Of a stretch of 64,000 bases of DNA, positions 33,700-46,473 are shown one piece after another. The position numbers and the translations under genes are program-made. The notes beneath the pieces are model-generated. The model saw only the letters and a list, made by a program, of their open reading frames with translations, was not told where the DNA came from and made no database searches. Origin of the DNA: Takakia lepidozioides (lineage: Eukaryota; Plantae; Bryophyta); NCBI GenBank assembly GCA_030704615.1, contig CM060731.1, positions 27,032,001 through 27,096,000 on the forward strand, in the 5' to 3' direction. How positions within the stretch are numbered: position 1 is the first letter of the stretch; each line of letters starts with the position of its first letter.

Positions 33700-36678
33700 T
33701 GAAGACTTGATGGAGCACTGAAGGGTCAAAGTCCGTATTGAGTTGCCACTGGACACGCCAATCTTTTTTCCGAGACCCTATAGATACAGTGACTGGAGAG
33801 GTCCCTTTGATTCAGATGAGGACTCAAGATCTCTGGGAGGCAGGTTTGGTGGAGCTTCTCTGGTGGAGAGTATGCTTCAGCCACAGTGATGCCAGCTAAG
33901 AAGGATGTCTATGGCAATTGGACGGAGAGACGTATGTGCGGTGATTACCGGCCTGTAAATCGTCAGACCAAGTCCGATAGGTATGCCATGCCAACACCAG
34001 AGGAGATCTTTGATGCCATTGGGCATTCCAAGGTCTTTAGCACGTTGGATTTACGATCCGGATATCACCAGTTGCCGATCAAGGAGGCGGATAAGCAAAA
34101 GACGGCATTCTGGGGGATCAATGAGCACGGGAAGGATTGCCTATACCAGTGGCGGTTCTTACCATTTGGGCTTAAAAACGCTCCCGCTGAGTTTCAAAGA
34201 GTCATGGACAGGATTCTAGCAGGGGTGGAGTTTGCTCGGTGCTACATAGATGACATCATCATCTTTAGTGCTACGGTGGAGGAGCATGAGAGACACCTCA
34301 GGGGGTATTTGAGCGCTTGAGGACGCACGGATTGAAGTTACATCCGGGCAAGTGCAAGTTTTTCCACAACCAGATTGAGTATCTGGGTCACATGATATAT
34401 CCTGGAGGATTGGGGGTACAGCAGACTAAGGTAGAGTCCATTGCACAGGTTCCACGCCCCACGGATGTGAGCCGAGTTCGAGCTTTCATGGGTTAGCAAA
34501 CTATTACAGACGGTTTGTTAAGGGATTTAGTGCCATTGCAAAGGCTCTAACCAAGCTTCCCAGGTGGACCAGGAGTGGCAGTGGGAAGATGAGCAAGAAC
34601 AAGCTTTTCAAGAGCTCAAGGCGAGGTTGACCTCGGCGCCCATCTTGAGACGACCTATCAGGGGGCGTCCTTTTCAGCTGCATACAGATTGGAGCATGCT
34701 GGGGCTTGGAGCGGTGCTCACACAGGTGGATGATGAGGGAAGAGAGTTCGTAGTGGCTTATGCTAGCCGCTCGAACAATGCTGCAGAGTCTAAGTATAGC
34801 TCATATGAGGGAGAATGCTTAGCTGCAGTGTGGGGGCCGTGGCACACTTCAGGTGCTATTTATACGGCAATCTCTTTACCCTTGTCACGGATCACCAACC
34901 ACTCAAGTGGTTGATGGAGTCAGACAAGCTTACGGGGAAGCTTGCACGGTGGGCACTCATCCTTCAAGAGTATGACTTTCAGGTGGTGCATCGACCGGGT
35001 TTGGTCAATCGAAATGCAGATGGGTTGAGTCGCAATCCATGCACGAGCCAGCAGGATGACACTGGAGCTCGGTGGCATGGTGAGACGGACGAGGAGATGG
35101 TGCCCCGATGGCATGCATCTGCATTTCTGTGTATCTTGGCAGCGGAAGGCCAGGTTGGACCTACAACAGGGATGACTGTAGATCGAGTGTCTGAGGACCC
35201 TGAGGCCAGCAATGAGCAGGGTGGCGCCAAAGATATACATGAGGATTCAGTTGTGTTGGACTACCTCCGCAGTGGAGACACGGCAGCCACTATGACTGCC
35301 AAGGAGAGGGATCGGATCCTACAACGAGCCAAGAGGTTCAGGTGGGAGGGGACACACCTGCTCCGAGTGTGGGAGGATGGTCAAGTGAGGATTGTGCCTC
35401 ACCCAACACAGCGGGCACGGTTAGTGCGGCATGCCCATGAGGAGTTGGGGCATTTTGGGGTGCGACGCACTCATAGTCTACTGCAGGGGCAGTATTGGTG
35501 GCGTGGTATGCACACAGAGGTGCAACAATTTGTGGCTAGGTGCATGGTGTGTGACAGGGTGCGTGCTTCATTCAACGCCCCTACTCCACAATTGCACCCT
35601 CTTCCGATCATGGGATTGGGCTACAGGTGGAGTCTTGACTTCGCAGGGCCGTTGCCACTGACCATGCGCCACAACAAGTACGTGTTGGTGATGGTGGAGC
35701 ACTTCTCCAAGTGGATTGAATTGGTTCCATTGCCTGATAAGGCTAGTGAGGGAGCTGCGTATGCATTCTTGGATTGTGTGCTTAGCCGATTCGGTGCTCC
35801 AGCTGAGGTACTCACGGACCAAGGGAGAGAGTTCTTGGGGGAGTTTCAGGCTTTGTGTGACAAGGCCTTGATAGACCACCGCACCACTTCTCGGGATCAT
35901 CCTGAGGCCGATGGCTTGGCAGAGAGAGTTGTTCAGACAGTAAAGAGGGGTTTGCGCAAGTATGGCTTGCAGAAGGGACACCTAGGAGATTGGGACCTTC
36001 AGTTACCCTGGCTTAGCCATGGGCTACAGGTTCAGCAAGCAAGCATCACTTGCCTCCTTCTCACCATACTTTCTTCTCTTTGGCCGAGAGCCGGATTTGC
36101 CTACATCCATTCGCAGAGAAGCTGCTACAGTTCTTAACCTTGACGATCCGGACGTGTGGGCACGTGCATGTGAGCAGCGTGCAGAGTTGTTCAAGAGAGT
36201 CATGCCCATGGCTTTCGAGAACCTTGCCATTGCACAACACCGTGATACGTTGAGGTATGCTACCATACGTGGTGGGGGCTATCGTCCTGGGGTTCGGAGA
36301 TTCAACCCTGGTGACTATGTCTATCTGCAGCAGACTGCTCCTACGACCCTGGATGTGACTGCAAGACGTGTTATTTTGAGGGTTCGAGAGGTCTTGCCCT
36401 CAGGCGTCTTGGTCTTGGAGGGTCGGGATGGCATAACTTGGAAGGACCATGTGCGTAATTGTGCGCCATGTCACCTTCCGAATGTCGATGGCAGGATTGA
36501 CCCAAACCTGGCAGTGGTATCTGCAGGTTTGAGGTGCATGTTGTGTGGGTCGGCTAAAGGGGCAGCCACCATGCTGATGTGTGATCGATGCTCTAGAGGT
36601 TGGCATATGGGATGCTTGACTCCACCTCTTGAGATGGTTCCGGATGGGGATTGGTTATGTCCACAATGCATTAGATAG
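33700..36678 (+). pseudogene. Element C RT - RNase H - integrase - PHD finger
   Basis: RMCGDYRPVN, LDLRSGYHQ, PFGLKNAP, YIDDII; FQLHTDWS, AYASR, TDHQPLKWL; HEELGH..CMVC, WSLDFAGP, VLTDQGREF, DGLAER; PHD at 36534-36670. A few frameshifts. Confidence 0.93.
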
Positions 36679-36936
36679 TGGGAGTGGATACAACCATGGA
36701 AGGCTAACAAGCAACGCAAGGCCCAGCTACAGGATACCTTGAATACACGAAGTCCTGGCTCAAGTTCACAGATTGCAAGACGGCGACTAACAATGGGGCT
36801 ACTCTTGTACCGGCCTCTTGGTCTATAGAGTTTGAGTACGATAGGGACAGTGATAAAGGACTTAGTACGGCTATGGCTATTACGTCTTGTAGCTATCTGG
36901 AGGTAGAGGGACCTATCCACCAGCTAGGGGGGCGAT

Positions 36937-37021
36937 TGTGGTAGACTACTTTATTGTGCATATATGTGTGGTGTGGTTTGGACAGCGATGTAGTTGTGTA
37001 GCGATATGTATGCGCACGACA
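36937..37021 (+). repeat. Element C repeat B1 (85 bp), directly after the PPT
   Basis: Identical to 37379-37463. Joined to A2 through the palindrome GACA-GC-TGTC. Confidence 0.95.
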
Positions 37022-37023
37022 GC

Positions 37024-37377
37024 TGTCAAGTTAAATAAGCACAGTGTGAAAACAGCTAGCATAAAACTAGTTGTTTGTATTTAACACTTGGATTTAGGTC
37101 AAGTGTTAAATCAGGTGTCAAGTTTAGTTTGACACCTGGTCCGTCTTATCTTCACGAGAGCGGCAGTCGCGCGGCTCATCTCTCTCGAGTTGAGCCTGCG
37201 CGACCGAGCTCCTGCATGTGTTTAGGTTTGAGTGTGCTTATGTAGGGGTACAGGTTGTTGTGGGGTGGAGTCCCCATAGCTTGGGGTGCCCCTGGCTCGA
37301 CTTCAGTTTCAATGAGTGATAGCGATGGATTCATGTTGTTTCTGGTGTGAGCAGTGTGTTTTCTAGTTTTCTTATCA
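37024..37377 (+). repeat. Element C repeat A2 (354 bp)
   Basis: Direct repeat of 25888-26241. Confidence 0.95.
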
Positions 37378-37378
37378 T

Positions 37379-37463
37379 TGTGGTAGACTACTTTATTGTG
37401 CATATATGTGTGGTGTGGTTTGGACAGCGATGTAGTTGTGTAGCGATATGTATGCGCACGACA
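37379..37463 (+). repeat. Element C repeat B2 (85 bp), forms the right terminus
   Basis: Direct repeat of 36937-37021, followed by TSD CAGG. Confidence 0.95.
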
Positions 37464-38294
37464 CAGGCTCCAACTACCTTCCAAGCTATGCGAGCAAATT
37501 TTGTAACCAATTGAAACTATGTGTAGATGTGTTGCAAATCTGCACATTGAAAATGAGGATATCCCTGATCTCAATGTGGTGGACGAGGTTTCAGCGGCGA
37601 ACGTTCAACGCTGCTCTTGTGGCTGCTTTTGCTATCTCTTGTTCTCAGGATAACTTATCATGTACTTGCTTCAGAGTGCATTCTGATGGTACCTTGTCCG
37701 CCCCTCGGCTGGACCAGCTTCCTATCAGCTCGATGGAGAGTTACCTTTTACTTTTATGCTAAGAGCCTTTTATGGGAAGATGAAGAAGAGTGGAAGAAAG
37801 AGATAAGAGGTAGGAAGGTTGGGAAATGACAATTGATGCATCCCCGCAAAGTTCGTGAGGCCATAGAGCGGACTAGACAGAGAGAATATGACCAAATGGT
37901 AGGCGAGGCAACGAAAAAGGCAGAATATCATTTAAATGTTGATATTTCATACATAATGTCAAAAAGTATACAATACATTTGCACACATTCAGCCATACAC
38001 ATATGTGGAAGTAGGCAAAATTTGCTTTAGGAATGTCATCTAAGTGGTTGCATTGGATGTCAATATTCCATAAATGTATCATAAAACTATATGACATAGT
38101 TTAGTGGATGTTAAGTGTACATTTATAAGTTCGTAATGGATACATATTTGTGTAGATGTATAGCTTATGTTGGATATACATTATTGTAACAATGTGCAAG
38201 AATACATATATTACACAATGTTTCTTTATAAAATACAATGTCTCCTCATAACTAAGTTAGAGATTATTTAAAAACAAAACAAACATGAATTCGG

Positions 38295-39110
38295 TCAACA
38301 ATTCATATTTCGCCGGCAAAGTATGGTCACAACTCCAACACGACATGGTGATATCATCTTTTTCAACACGGTACTTGTAAAACACACATCACATTTCACT
38401 TTACGTACTTTCGGAAAAACCACTCTCTTTTGTTTTGACCATAAGAACATTACATGTGATGGGCGTTTAGCTTGCGGCCGAGCTTCGTGTCCATCACCAT
38501 CTTCAATAACAATGCGCTTTTTGGTATTACCATGCACCATTCTAGTCATCTTCACATTTTCTTGTATATCATGTATAGAACCTTTAGAAAGAAGAGAACT
38601 CGTGGAAGACCATATGAAAGTAAATGGTTCGGTGATAGATGTCAAACACTCTTTGATCACTTTCAACTTGCATTTCAACTCTTCCGAAGAAATAATCTTT
38701 CACATGGCTCCGCACTTTGACAAGCTCTAACTCCAAATCACCCACGAGCTCAAAATTTTTTGTTCGTGCAATGTCACTCTCATTTGTTGTGGGAACATTA
38801 CGAATGTCTCCCATCTCATTAGACATGTTCGTATCCACGTATGTTGTGACCTCATTCACCGAGTTATCGTTATCGTTCATCATTGAAGTTGAAAATGTTT
38901 GCATAGAAGAAGTCGAGAAGTATCTCTTCACTATCAATTCCACTCCAATGATATGTTTGCATGAACTTGAAATGGAAAGACAATCACAATAGTGATTTGT
39001 CAAGAGACATTATACCAATGGTTTGACGAGCTCTTGAGTTTCACTCGCCACACGGAATAATAATAGGTCTTGGTCCACTACTTGGAGAACTTCATTTGGG
39101 TCTAAGTTAA
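38295..39110 (-). pseudogene. SWIM zinc-finger C-terminal fragment of a Mutator-like transposase
   Basis: VSLTNHYCDCLSISSSCKHIIGV (CxC-x6-CxH). Confidence 0.6.
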
Positions 39111-39989
39111 GCCACCTCAGCAGTCTTGTCTTATTTTTCTATTCTAGATTAGCTGTGTTTTGGCGACGCACCGATTTTTGTTAAGAGAAAATAGAATTGG
39201 CCGCCAAAATTCGACGGTTGCGGTTGTTTATTTTTATTTTTATTTTTTTAATGTTTTTAATTTTCTTTTCTTTTTTAAAAATATGGATAGAGGCCCTGAA
39301 AATCATATTAAAAAACACGACCGGACCGGGATACAAGAGGAAAAAATTAACCTTCGAATAGGTGACATGGAGGCTGAAATCGGAAGACACTACTTCAAGA
39401 TAATAGGAGAACCTAACACACAGGGAGACAGACAGGCAGGAGGGTCCAACAAGATCAGATCAATCGACTGCCAGAAAACTAAACTAATTGTCACTAAGAC
39501 TAGCAAATGAGAGCTACCCGTCCTATTGTTGGATCTGCAGTGCTTCCAATTAACATCTGATTCCTCGCTCGAAAGGGGAGAACGCCTAGAGCTACGAGAG
39601 CTTCCAGCTTGGTGGGGTGTCTTCCTTCCATAGCACCTTAGTGTCTGATTGTCTGGTGCACCTTTTCCCCCACATCAATTTGTAAAAGGTAAGGGCTTAG
39701 TTTCAAAAATTGATCCCAAAGATAGACAAGTTCCTTTCCTAGATGAATGGATGTTCATCATTTCTAATGCTCACATTGGAAATTGTGACAACCATTTATC
39801 ACTAACACGCACGATTACCACCATAAAGAGTATTTGAAGTACTGATGGAAGACAAGGGGGTATTCCACCGTCACTCGTCAAGCAATGTACTGAGACATGC
39901 AAGATATGTAACAAGTTCAAATTTTGGAATGAATTTCATAATTATGTTTCTTATAAGGCGTTACATACGACCCTTGATGAGATTTGCAC

Positions 39990-40200
39990 CAAATATATTG
40001 TATTACGACATGTGAGCAAAACAAAGAAAAATGAGACCCAACAAGACACATACTTTCAATGCCATAGAGGTGGGAAAAAACACAACCGAAAATGGACCAA
40101 CGACGCTGTACAAGCAAAATGTAAAGAAAAAAGGGCAATAACATCAAGAAAATGTAATTGCGGGTTTCTCTCGAAGGTCATGGTTCATTTACTACAATGA
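39990..40200 (+). pseudogene. FAR1/WRKY-GCM1-like zinc-ribbon fragment of a Mutator-like transposase
   Basis: YFQCHRGGK...RAITSRKCNCGF pattern. Confidence 0.45.
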
Positions 40201-40979
40201 GTTGATGTTGAAAAAATGGAGAATTTGATCCGAATGGTATAATACATCAACGGTTGCTCTTGCAAGCGCATGAGAAGACAAAAAAAATGCAAGTAATGGT
40301 TGGAGACTTGGAGCGCATTACAAATGCTGATTCCGAAGGCACATATGGATTTGAATTACAAAAACAGGGCTCAAATGATAACTTTAGGTCCAAACCTTCG
40401 AGCGAATGTGCTTGGCAATCCCTCTCTTCGAGGCTGATCCTGACCAGATTATTTGAACGCTGACGAAGAACCTCATGCTTTTTTGTTTTTTTTTTTTTTT
40501 TTTCCTCCTCATCATAAGAACTAAGCTCCATAACTGTGGATTGGAGAAGCCATATGAGCTCCATCAGTAACATTACTTGAATATAGTTGCACTACATGGA
40601 CTCCAATTTTGGTATGTACTAACCAGTTCTTCCTCTTGAGATTCCAAAACATCCTATGAAGAAAAAGAAAGAAAGATAAGACTCTGACCGAAGCCGGCGT
40701 AACTAAGAGCTACTTCGCCTCGCGGCTACTGCCTCCTTTCGAGAGTAGGCCCTAAAACATCATATGAAAGCTGGGTTTAGATGACATGTAAATAAGGCAC
40801 ATATGGATTTGAAATACAAAACCAACGTTAATACAATAGTTTCAGCAATGTTAAGCGATAGGTATGAATGAATTGTAGATGATTCGGAGAGGTTTACAAG
40901 AAGGGCAAACGACAAATTTCATAGACGTCGATTGACCGGGGGGGGGGGGGGGGGGGGGGGGTTGAGCAATTACTCCATA

Positions 40980-41960
40980 AAATGCAGCGGTCGCGGTGAA
41001 TTTAAAAAAAAACATAGATAATGTCCCGTCGAGCACCATTATTAAAAATATTAGTTTAAAAAAATAAAAAACTGCAACCGTCGAATTCTGGCGGTCACTT
41101 TTATTTTCTCTTAACAAAACTTGGTGCTACCGCCAGAACCCGCCGTCGCAGCTAATCTAGAATAGAAAATTTAGAAAAGACTGGTGAGGTTGCTGTTACT
41201 TTTAATAAAATTCAGCGGTCGCAGCGAATTAAGAAAAACATAAATAATGTCTCGGTAAGCACCATTATTAAAAAAAATAGTTTAAAAAAAAAACCAAAAC
41301 ATTGCAACCGCCGAATTCTGGTAGTCACTTCTATTTTCTTTTAACAAAAATTGGTGCGACGGCCAGAACCCACCGTTGCAGCTAATCTAGAATAGAAAAT
41401 TTAGACAAGACTACTGAGGTTGCTGTACTTTTGCTAAAATTCAGCGATCGCAGCGAATTTAGAAAAATATAAATAATGTCATGGCAAGCACCATTATTAA
41501 AAAATTATTAAAAAAAAAAAAAACTGCAACTGCCGAATTCTGGCGGTCACATCTATTTTATCCTTAAATAAATTTATGCAACCGTCAAAACCCACCGTCG
41601 CAGCTAATGTCAAAAAACAAAAAACAAAAAACAAGACTTCTGAACTCTGCCGGTTGCTGTTAATTTTGCTAAAATTCAGCAGTCGCAGCGAATTTAAAAA
41701 AAACATAAATAATGTCCCGGTTGTATCGTTATTTAAAAATCATTTAAAAAAAACCAACAACTACAACCGCCGAATTCTGGCGGTCACTTCTATTTATCTT
41801 TAAATAAATTGATGCGACCGTCAGAACCCGCCTTTGCAGCTAATATCGAATAGAAAAATTAGACAAGACTGCTGAATTCTGTCGGTTGCTGTTAATTTTG
41901 CTAAAATTCAGCGGTCGCAATGAATTTTTAAAAAAACAGCAACGACAACTGCAACCGAGA
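40980..41960 (+). repeat. Tandem array of a ~230-bp unit (4 full copies plus a partial)
   Basis: Anchor T(T/G)CAGC(G/A)(G/A)TCGC at 40983, 41211, 41440, 41675 and 41907. An inverted partial copy lies at about 39113-39240. Confidence 0.88.
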
Positions 41961-43780
41961 GCATAAAAAGCAGAGCTGTGGTGTGGGCAACTCTGAAGGC
42001 CCACACCTTATGGAATATCTTTTTAAACCATCTATGCAAAGAGTAAGAGGGTGTGGCTCTAGATAAAAAGATCTTCATACAATGGTGATGTCCCTCTTGG
42101 TTCAGGTGGACTGATTGGTTCCGATGAATCTTCACTCTTAGTTTCTTTGTGGAAAAAATGTGGATAATAAGCTCTCAAATAGCTCTCTCTCTCTGCTATG
42201 TATTTCTCTCTTCTTTCTCTTCTTTCATCACGCATTACCCATGTCGTTCATGTCTCTCATGACGTAATACCCACGGTCTACAACTCCATCCCTCATATAT
42301 TACTGGATTTCTTTCCAATTTTAATGGGTTTTTGGGAAGGTTAGTAGGCTCTATTATCAAAATTCTTGCAAGAAGACAAGTCTGAAAGGCTGTTCTAGGT
42401 GTTAATTTTATCCATAATATATCCCTTGGAATCCAGTTCTTTACAAATGCTAACTCTTCATTCTACCTTCGTGAGTTCATGATAAGTCGCATTATTAGTG
42501 AACTTGGGTATCATAGTTACTGATTACTTCGGTAATCCTTTCAGTTCAAGTTCCTCTTCTACTTAGGAATTCCACAACTTCGCTCAGGTCTCTCTACACA
42601 ACAATGAAGTCCGAGAATAGTTTGCTTTATAACTTCATGATATGCAAGACATGTCGTAGCATATGGTCTCTCAATTCAGCTTCTTACCTCCACTTTGGAA
42701 CATTGGAACCCTAAACTTTGGAACTTTGGAACATTTATGTCCATCTCTCCTGCTCTTAGTCTCCCTGTCACTCTCATCCCTCCTATCTCAGCTTGGTCTC
42801 CCACTATGCCTCGACTCCTGCAATAAGGGCCGATTCCTTCGCTTACCTAAATACTCTCCTGTCAACTGTACTAACATTCCTTGAACCAATCGCTCTACCC
42901 GTCTGCCGACTCATTTCTTGCTCTGAACTCTTCTGTTCTTGGTTCATACTCCAAACCTGTCCAAGTCCTACATCTGTGGTCAAGTTCTGGAGCTAGTGTA
43001 ATGTGCTAGATGGTCCTTTGTAGATTTGGTGGCTGTCAGCAGAATTAAGACAATGACGTTACAAGGGGCCACCTGTGGTGGAGACCCCTGACAGGGATCT
43101 TTAAGTGAACAACGGTATTCTCCTTTGAGTATAACTAATGGATACGAACCCACCACGGGGCAGTGTGATTCAGGACGTAGTTTGGTGTGCACTCTGTTCT
43201 CATCCATCGAGGGTACGTATGAGTAGAGCTGATAGTGATCTACAAGAGCTCTACCTCTGTCCAGAGACGGTCATTTTTAGTGGAAAGCTGCACGGGCTGA
43301 CCACCGCCGCACGATCTGATTTAATCTTACGATCAGGAATCATCCTCGTGGCGCATAGCACCCCACGTATCGTGTGTTGCCAGATTATCCACGTCCATCG
43401 GACATCAGATATCGGATGTGGCAGGTGCTTTGGTGGAGATGGAGGGCACTCTAAGTGCGCGCCACATTTTCATTTCCTGAGATCTTGACCGTTGATATCC
43501 AAGATCTGACGATGGGGAGGCTCAGGGTTTTTTGGATGTTTCGCAGAACGCAGAGAGAGAGATGGGGACACGCGATGGTGATCTGGCAGAGGGAGAGAGA
43601 TGGAGCTGTCAGCTGCTGTGCGAGAGAAGATGGAGAAGATGATCAATTCGATCTGGCCACGTTTTCTCTAGCTTATAAACAGATACTAGTGGGGGCTATC
43701 TAGTATATGTGGACTATGATGGTGGGTTTGGGGATTGTGGTTCTATTTTGGATGGTTGTCATCCCTGAACTTTTCATGTC

Positions 43781-43970
43781 CTTTTTTTTTTTTTTTTTTT
43801 TTTTTTAATTTTAATGAAAGGGGACAGAGGCCCTTTTAATCAAATTAATAGAAAAGTCAGAAGGTGGAAAAAATAACCACCACCAAGGCCGTGAGGCTTA
43901 CTGAGGGGAAACTTCCCCGTGACCCTAGCAAACAAGCTAAACAGCAAGAGGTAAACATGTCCTCTTGACT
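43781..43970 (-). repeat. Probable 3' end of a non-LTR retroelement with poly(A) tail
   Basis: T-run at about 43783-43806 followed by GGGACAGAGGCCC. Similar GGAT(A/G)AGAGGCCCTGAAAAT at about 39284 and 57122. Confidence 0.45.
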
Positions 43971-46473
43971 TATTGTGCTAGACTTTGATTGTGTGGCCGT
44001 TCCATACTTTCAAACTTAGCATTTGATGAATTTGGTTTTTGTTGATTGCATTATCCAATCATTTCCAAATTCCAAATTTTGCACGGTACATGGCAATACA
44101 TACGTAAGTCGGTCCACGACTATAGGGCCTTCTAGGAACATGGTGTCCACAGGAATAATGCCCTGGGGTACATGACCACTAAACCTTGCTTCCTGCCCTA
44201 AACCACTAGAAACCACAATGGCACGCTCACGCCGTAGCATTATTGGTCATGCAATGACTGCATCGCTAATCAATATATGAATCGAGATGTTTGTTTTGTT
44301 TTGTTTGTTTTGTTTTGTAGATTTGAGATGTCCCAAACTGCGGGGCCTCACCCTGAGTGCTTGTTACCGTTGGAAAGCCCTTGACGAGGAGGGATGCACG
44401 GGCTTCGTCTCATGATTTTTGGACCTGCGGTGTGGGAGATGTGGAACTTCAAGTACTTTGGGTCGTTGGAGATTCACTAAAAATTGCAAAATGGGCATTC
44501 CTGGGACAATGGTTGGAGCCTCGTCAAGAGAGAATTCAAGGGAAAGGTCTCCGGTTCAAATCGGGTCGTAGGCTCTATGGGAAAAAAAATGATTAGATAT
44601 GATTGATGCACTTGGACTAAGATAATATTGGACACTTGGGCCAAAGACACAGGCTACCCTAGAGGTCGCACTTGGGCCTCAACATAGGAGACGCACTCGG
44701 ATACATAGAAGATCTTAGACTTGGGCCAACGACATAGGCTACCCTCATAGTGATGGATATTTCATGGTTTATATGACTACCATTTTCTTGACTATATATG
44801 ATTATACCATCTCGAGTCATTTTACTGAGTGGTCATGCATGACTCTGTAGTCGCGTAGTCATATATACATTTTATGACTGCAAAGCAGTCATTCTTGCAG
44901 TCGTATATACCGCATTAGGTTGTAGTTGCATGACGGACCATGAGCGGCTACCATGGCATGGAACTAGGACCATGAACGAGAACGAAAACCATGATCTGAC
45001 AGTTACCGACTATAACCACATTTATAGGTCCATACAATTTTCGTCTGACCCCAAGGTCTACTTATCCGTAGGGTTTTATTTTGTCTGCGTTTTTCTTCTG
45101 AAACTGAATCTAGTAATGTTGAGCAGTTTCATGTCAAGTGTTGGATGCGCTTAAGATTCAATTTTCAGACCAATTCGCCACGCATAAATCTGTAGTGACT
45201 TGTTTGAAAATGTACCAGATCCCCACTGCTCGAGGCATGGGGGCCAAATGTGGCCAAGCCCTTGGAAGATATTTCGAGCTACTGAACTCCAGCTGTTGAC
45301 ATGAATGTCATGGCAAGACCCGAAACTAAATGTTACATGGTAGAAAATGGTCATACAAAACAATAATGGAAGGCCTTCCATGTGCATACATTTGGTTCAT
45401 TATCGCTGGTGGCGGGGGGCGCGGCCAACACCTGCCTTTTACACACAACCTCCGTAAGTAGAGAGAGAGAGAGGAGCTTCCATGCAGGTCCCCGTGTCCA
45501 CCAATGCAGTTCATGAAATGCTTGGGGGTTTTGCGAGAGTCCGTCCTGTTGGATTGATGGAATGAGTCCCCATCAAAAGTCTAGGCTGCGACCTTGTCAG
45601 CATAGCACGATGTTGTAGGAAAGCTCCAGCTTCTTGACTTCGTATATGCCCATCTATGGAAGGTGAGCAGCCAGGATCTAGATTTGTCAGAGATACTGTA
45701 CACTGGCTAACTCACTGGTCACTCGTCTTGATGCTCCTTATCTTCCTGGTCCTGTTCACCCAGTACAGAACTCCTGTCAGGGATTCAGGACTTCTTGAAG
45801 ACAATTGATAACAGATTAACTCCTCCGATGTCAGTGTAAAATACCTATCCAAGTAAAACTTGAGAGGCAGGTTAAAGGTCCAATTATGAAAACTTAGAGG
45901 GAGCCCCGCTAAAAGCCCCTGCATGATGCCAAGTGTGCACCGACCAATTGTCAAACAACTTAATCAGCCATCCCTGAAAGTGACTTGAAGCTACAGAGGA
46001 ACAAACTGGTGTAAATGGGCTGGCAGTAAAACACACCTGGGCTCCGTCTTTCCTTGGTGCCCTCCTGGTCTTTGGCAACTCTTGCCTGAACTTCTGTGCA
46101 ATCCCACGAGTCCCATACTTCATTCTAGTTGACAGCTCAATTGATGAATGCTGGTGGACAATCATACACATTAAAGTAGGTGCTCAATGCGCCTGTCAGT
46201 TCCATGCTAGAGAAAACTTCTCTTGGAAGAAACCATTCAATCTGAAGAGGAAGTTAGTGGGATGCACTAATGCAGAGACTGAGGGGGGGAGGGAAACATT
46301 AAGGAAAGAAACTGTACATTTTCAAAGGCTATGAGGGTTCCAGGGTAAAACAAACTAAAAGGACTACTTCAGGATACATCAAGTGTCATCCTCAGAGAAG
46401 TGCCTTCCTCATAAAGAGCCTAAAGTGCCTGAAGCAGGTAGCCACTTGGGAGTTTCAAAGCTGAAGGCCTCCG

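Larger units (their letters stand above)
25888..37463 (+). mobile_element. Element C: 11.6-kb Ty3/gypsy retrotransposon with split repeats (A-body-B-A-B), DNA methyltransferase and PHD finger
   Basis: Ends TGTC...GACA. TSD CAGG at 25884-25887 and 37464-37467. Domain order gag-PR-DNMT-RT-RH-IN-PHD. PPT AGGGGGGCGA at 36926-36935. Confidence 0.93.

Noticed and set aside
25888-37463. Classifying element C as a DIRS/Ngaro/PAT tyrosine-recombinase element because of its split direct repeats
   Set aside because: It encodes a protease and an HHCC-DDE integrase, has TG...CA ends and a TSD, and I found no tyrosine-recombinase motif.
40938-40961. G24 run as a functional G-quadruplex or poly-Pro ORF
   Set aside because: A simple homopolymer of unreliable length in degenerate TE sequence.
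40980-41960. CRISPR-like array
   Set aside because: Whole ~230-bp units are repeated with no unique spacers, the context is eukaryotic, and there are no cas genes.
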